From Antedon mediterranea (Eukaryota; Animalia; Echinodermata), in NCBI RefSeq assembly GCF_964355755.1, contig NC_092676.1, positions 29,344,871 through 29,408,870 of the forward strand: 64,000 nt of DNA, written 5' to 3'. The notes under the pieces are model-generated. The model was given only the letters and a program-made list of their open reading frames with translations. It searched no databases and had not been told where the DNA came from. Shown here in pieces: positions 60,001-64,000 of this stretch. Each line of letters starts with the position of its first letter. The stretch's first letter is position 1. A program made the position numbers and the translations under genes.

Positions 60001-63000
60001 ACAATACCACTATCTGATGTTACCCAGTAGAGTAATTTATACTTCAGTACATATGCATTGTTTCTGGGTTTTGTACAAAACTTCCTCAACTCATTTAAAT
60101 GAAGGTTATCACAGGACATTCTGCTAATGTTCATGTTGATTTTTCAGCTTTGTCTCTTTGTGATATACTATTTATAGCACATTTTAAATGTTACAACAGA
60201 ATTTCAAATTATTTTTTTGTAGTGTGAACATCATTCTCTTGAATTTGAGACTTTTCAAAGTTCTGTACCTTTAGTAGGAATAATCATATTTTTCACACTA
60301 GAGTTAAATCCATTGAGAACCACTCAACCAGTTTGTAGGCCAACCTTATCCCTTTAGTTAACATTAACCAACCTAAACACTTAGTAACTGATCATTACAC
60401 CATCTTTTACCTCCGCCAAGGAGGTATATGTAATCGGTAGCGTGTTTGTTACTTGGCAAAAAGAATTTTGCCAAGTATAGTATTTACTTTGTTTGTATGT
60501 ATGTATGTTTGTATGTATGTTTGTTTGTTAGCACGATAGCGCCTACAGTTTTCAAGTTATCTTTCTGAATTTTTGGGTGTAGATAGGTATTTACTTTCAG
60601 ACCATGCCTATTGAAAATCAACAAAATTGGTTTATTAATAACTTCACAAATAACAAAAATGATATTATTTACAGACCGGCTAGTGTTAAAAGATAGGAGA
60701 CAATTTTCAAAAGCCGGCGAGCAGTCTTAAAGTAACAAGTGTACTGAAATTGCATTTTCTCGAGAACTACTTGTCCAAAAAACATCATTTTTGTACAAGA
60801 GGCAAGAGTTATAAATTGTGATTTGTAATTTTTAAAATATAATTTGATTTAATATACAAGTTTTTTGATACGAGTAGTTTTAAAAAACCTATTTCTTTTC
60901 AAATTCACCTGTTTGTTTTTCACGTTGCCGTTCTATTGTTATTCAAATTAAACTATTGTTAGTTGATAATTAGTTTTTTTAGTACTGTACTTGCGTGTGT
61001 CCTTCCTTATTTCATTCTGTACATAGGTATATATATATATTTACAGAACATGCCTATTAATTTTCAGGAAAACTGATATATTGGTCATGTCTCAAAAGCT
61101 TATCTTCTGTACGATATATTAAATAGCACGCATTCTGTCTTTTTTTTAATATGGGCATATTCTTTGATATGGACCAAAATATTAGTCGACTGGTCACGCG
61201 GTTAAGCTTACTACATGGGGTTAAGGCAGAAGCGCCGCAAATCCGCACAGCTTCAAGACACTCCTCGACCATTATTCTGGTCAATCTTGATTTTAGAAAG
61301 GTCATTGTTGCAATGCCGGAATTGTTTGTATTAAAAATTATTTAAACAAATTATTAACCTTATCACTATTTTAACCATGTAAAGCTAATACCTAAAGCAA
61401 AAATTGTATCTTTCAACATGCTCCCAGTCAGTGGATATATTTTGCCAAGTACTTCACTCAGTTTCTAAGTGCTTTCATTTGTTTGTTTGTTTGTTAGCAG
61501 GATTACTCAAAAAGTAATTAAAAGATCTTTACCACAATTAATATACGGATAGATATGTGGTCAAGGACCATTCCATTAAATTTTGGGACCATGGTCCCAA
61601 TTCTGGACCACTTTTTCGGTATACTGTTCAGACCTGCTAGTGTTAAAAGATAGGACAGAATTTTCCAAAAGCCGGCGAGCAGTCTTAAAGTAACAAATAA
61701 ACTAAAATTGCATTTTCTTGAGAACTACTTGTCCAAAAAACTTCATTTTTGTACAAGAGGCAAGAGGTATAATTTGTGATTTGTAAATTTAAAACATAAT
61801 TTGATTTAATGTGCAAGTTTTTTTGATGCGAGTAGTTTAAAAAACCTATTTCTTTTCAAATTCACTCGTTTGATTTTCGCGTTGCTGTTCTATTGTTAGT
61901 CAACTGAAGCTATTGTTAATTGAAAGGCTTGTTACATAACCATTACACCAAACTCGCATACACATGCTTGTAGTGAAATTAGCCTAAATCACAAACAGCA
62001 TTAAGACACAGACAAATATATATATATATATATTTCTTTTTTACCGGAGAAATCTTATGTAGGAGAATTTTACAGTAGGTGGAGGTATGCACTCTCGGAG
62101 CGTCTTTCTATAGTTAACAAATGTTTTTTATCCCAATATCTTCAGAATTACTCAAGGTACTGATAATAGCTTTGCTCCGCAAGATGAGGGGAAGACATCA
62201 CAGAAACCAGGAATGGATGCCATTAGAGAAGATGAGGGGAAGACATCACAGAAACCAGGAATGGATGCCATTAGAGAAGATGAAGAGATCGAGCAACAAG
62301 AGTTTCAAGATGATGACAATGAAATTGGAAACACTGAACAAGGTGATTGTAAGTGAAACAAGGTTTCCAATTCTGCCTCCAGCTCTATAATACAGACCCC
62401 TGATGGCCTCATTATCAGGAGTTTCGAATGAAATACTAAAGTGCCTTTTCAATTTTAAGACCAGCAGCGAAATTGGCCTAAATTCAGCCTAAATCTCTGT
62501 CTACAGTATCAAAGTTTATGTGACCAAAAAAATGTGATCGATGCCCATAATATGGAATGAACATGATGATGTCATATCACTACCATATTTGGGTATATCA
62601 CTACCATATTTGAGCATATCACACTTTTGTTGTTAAACAAGTTTGATAGTGTAGACAGAGTTTAAGGCTACAGTATATAGTTCATAAATTGTTAGCCAAT
62701 CATACATTGTGTTGTATTACAATGAGTGTATTAGATTTTGCAGCTGCTTATAAATTTTGTTTTGTATTATCATTTTAGATGTAGAAAAGAAATTTATTGG
62801 TCGAACATCCTCCAGGCAGGTAGCACCAACTGCAATGGCTACAGGCATCAGTTTGGCTGCTGAGGATCTCACACCAGTTTCGCCTCCAAGAGGTATCAAG
62901 GGAAGCCAAGTAACACCGTCTCCACCTACCAGTAAACCAGCTTCTCCTCGAGGTGACCTCCCTCCCCCTAGATCACCAAAGGGCCGACAAACCACGTTTG

Positions 63001-63986
63001 CAGATTGTATGAACGAGGTCCGTGAGATCTCACCAGTTTACTGCAGTCATGACAATGCAGGACAGGAGCTATGTTACTTGTGCCATCAAAGAGCTGTACG
63101 CAATATACCGGTTAACTTTGATGCTGAAAGGCGACGCAAGGAACAGGAACAAGATCGTCTTTTACAACAGTACCAACATATGAAGGATACGGAAGATATC
63201 ATTGTAGAGCAGGTATGAAGTTTATTTCTCTATCAACTGTACTTAGGTATATGGATATCAGAGTGGTGCAGTTTTATTTGGTTTAGATGCTTGGCTACCT
63301 GTCAGATGCCACAATTCTTTACTCATGACATCTCATGACAAAAAACTATTTCATTCACTTTATGTGTCAAAAAATATGATGTGCCCATATATGGACATGA
63401 TGATGATATCATATCACTACCGTATTTGGGCATCTTATTACCACCATCTGGGCACATTTTGTCAAACTAGTTTGATAGTGTAGACAGAGCTTAAGACTTA
63501 TGTTTGTGTAGAGCATCTTGTGTATGTTTGCCTTGTGAACCCTCACTCCTGAATATTATTTCATTAGTTTTACATTACAATAATATTTAAATAGGCAAAG
63601 AATATGTCAGATCGTCATCATAGCCAAAAGGTGGCAGCATTCAATCTGGGTGTTTCCGAAGCAATCAAGCATAAGAAGAAAGAGCGCTCGAATGAATTTC
63701 ATGTAAGTGATACACACAATTCTTTTTTATTTATTATATGAATTTAAAAATATAATTTGATAATGTTATTAATATCTCATAATTTTAATCAAATGCTTTC
63801 TCTTTTTGTGAAACAGAGATCGTACCTCTTCCAACGTCGAGCCATCACACCTCCCAGTCATATCCGTCAAGAAGAGTATTCTAAGTTTTTATCCGGGCAA
63901 GTTGAAGCAAAAACAGCAGATAAGATGAGAAGAAAACATGATAAGGAATTTTTAGAACGGTTAGAACAAGTGCAATTAGCTGAAGA
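57009..63986 (+). CDS. CCDC81: Coiled-coil domain-containing protein 81 (HU-CCDC81 domains); 3' end lies beyond the window
   Basis: Exons 57009-57087, 57254-57315, 58033-58189, 59529-59785, 59898-59977, 62146-62342, 62779-63212, 63595-63702, 63817-63986; phase-consistent. VWENVSNFI...KGVQIHGLGTFTF...GNNKFILIQRPVF...NVEFTFTGIG...KVKMKFYKDF...MDGSG and ELCYLCHQRA match recalled CCDC81. Confidence 0.93.
57507..57815 (-). mobile_element. tRNA-derived SINE with conserved central domain and L2-like tail
   Basis: Minus strand: tggcgcagtg...ggttcaaatcc...tccttaggcaagacactt...cacccaggtatataaatgggtacc...ggcgctatataaatcc followed by (ATT)n. Confidence 0.7.
59299..59415. mobile_element. MITE family A (truncated)
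   Basis: aagctctgtcaacactatcaaac...atatggtagtgatatgacatcatcatgtcc. Confidence 0.75.
60405..62113 (+). mobile_element. Helentron-associated (HINE/DINE-1-like) element, outer
   Basis: 5' TTTTACCTCCGCCAAGGAGG subTIR/palindrome, (GTTT)n microsatellite, 3' GGTGGAGGTA followed by hairpin GCACTCTCGGAGCGT. Confidence 0.7.
60449..61476 (+). mobile_element. Second HINE-like element nested in the microsatellite of the outer one
   Basis: 5' TACTTGGCAAAA...TTTTGCCAAGTA palindrome, (GTAT/GTTT)n, 3' TTTTGCCAAGTA followed by hairpin CACTCAG..CTAAGTG. Confidence 0.68.
62491..62664. mobile_element. MITE family A
   Basis: aaatctctgtctacagtatcaaa ... gtttgatagtgtagacagagttt. Confidence 0.8.
63340..63494. mobile_element. 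MITE family A (left end decayed)
   Basis: Internal atatcactacc repeats and right TIR gtttgatagtgtagacagagcttaa. Confidence 0.75.
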
Positions 63987-64000
63987 GTAAGTTGAGGTTT

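Overview
AT-rich, intron-rich animal nuclear DNA, probably a non-insect invertebrate; the species cannot be determined from the sequence. All gene models were spliced by hand with reading-phase checks. In order: the last two exons of a Thr/Pro-rich, probably GPI-anchored protein (+, 1-562); an unexplained exon-like/lncRNA-like region (4.7-8.8 kb); MOB3 (-, 7 exons, 214 aa); a JmjC/Cupin_8 oxygenase with signal peptide, EF-hand-like loop and C-terminal KEEL (-, 10 coding exons, 438 aa); SRRM1/SRm160 (+, 13 exons, 891 aa); hnRNP R/Q (SYNCRIP) (-, 645 aa, with two mutually exclusive 136-nt exons); and the 5' part of CCDC81 (+). Introns and intergenic DNA hold many non-autonomous DNA transposons and MITEs (Tc1/pogo-, Merlin-, hAT-, Kolobok- and Helentron-like, plus a foldback element), tRNA-derived SINEs and minisatellites. 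Most notable: (i) a cluster of decoy-like 5' splice sites with candidate poison exons in SRRM1 intron 3; (ii) the SYNCRIP exon pair separated by an intron that can fold into a long hairpin; (iii) a putative ER-luminal JmjC hydroxylase; (iv) a foldback element filling the JmjC/SRRM1 divergent promoter; (v) two degenerate hammerhead ribozymes; (vi) three apparent P-element excision footprints. No database searches were run; family names come from recalled motifs.
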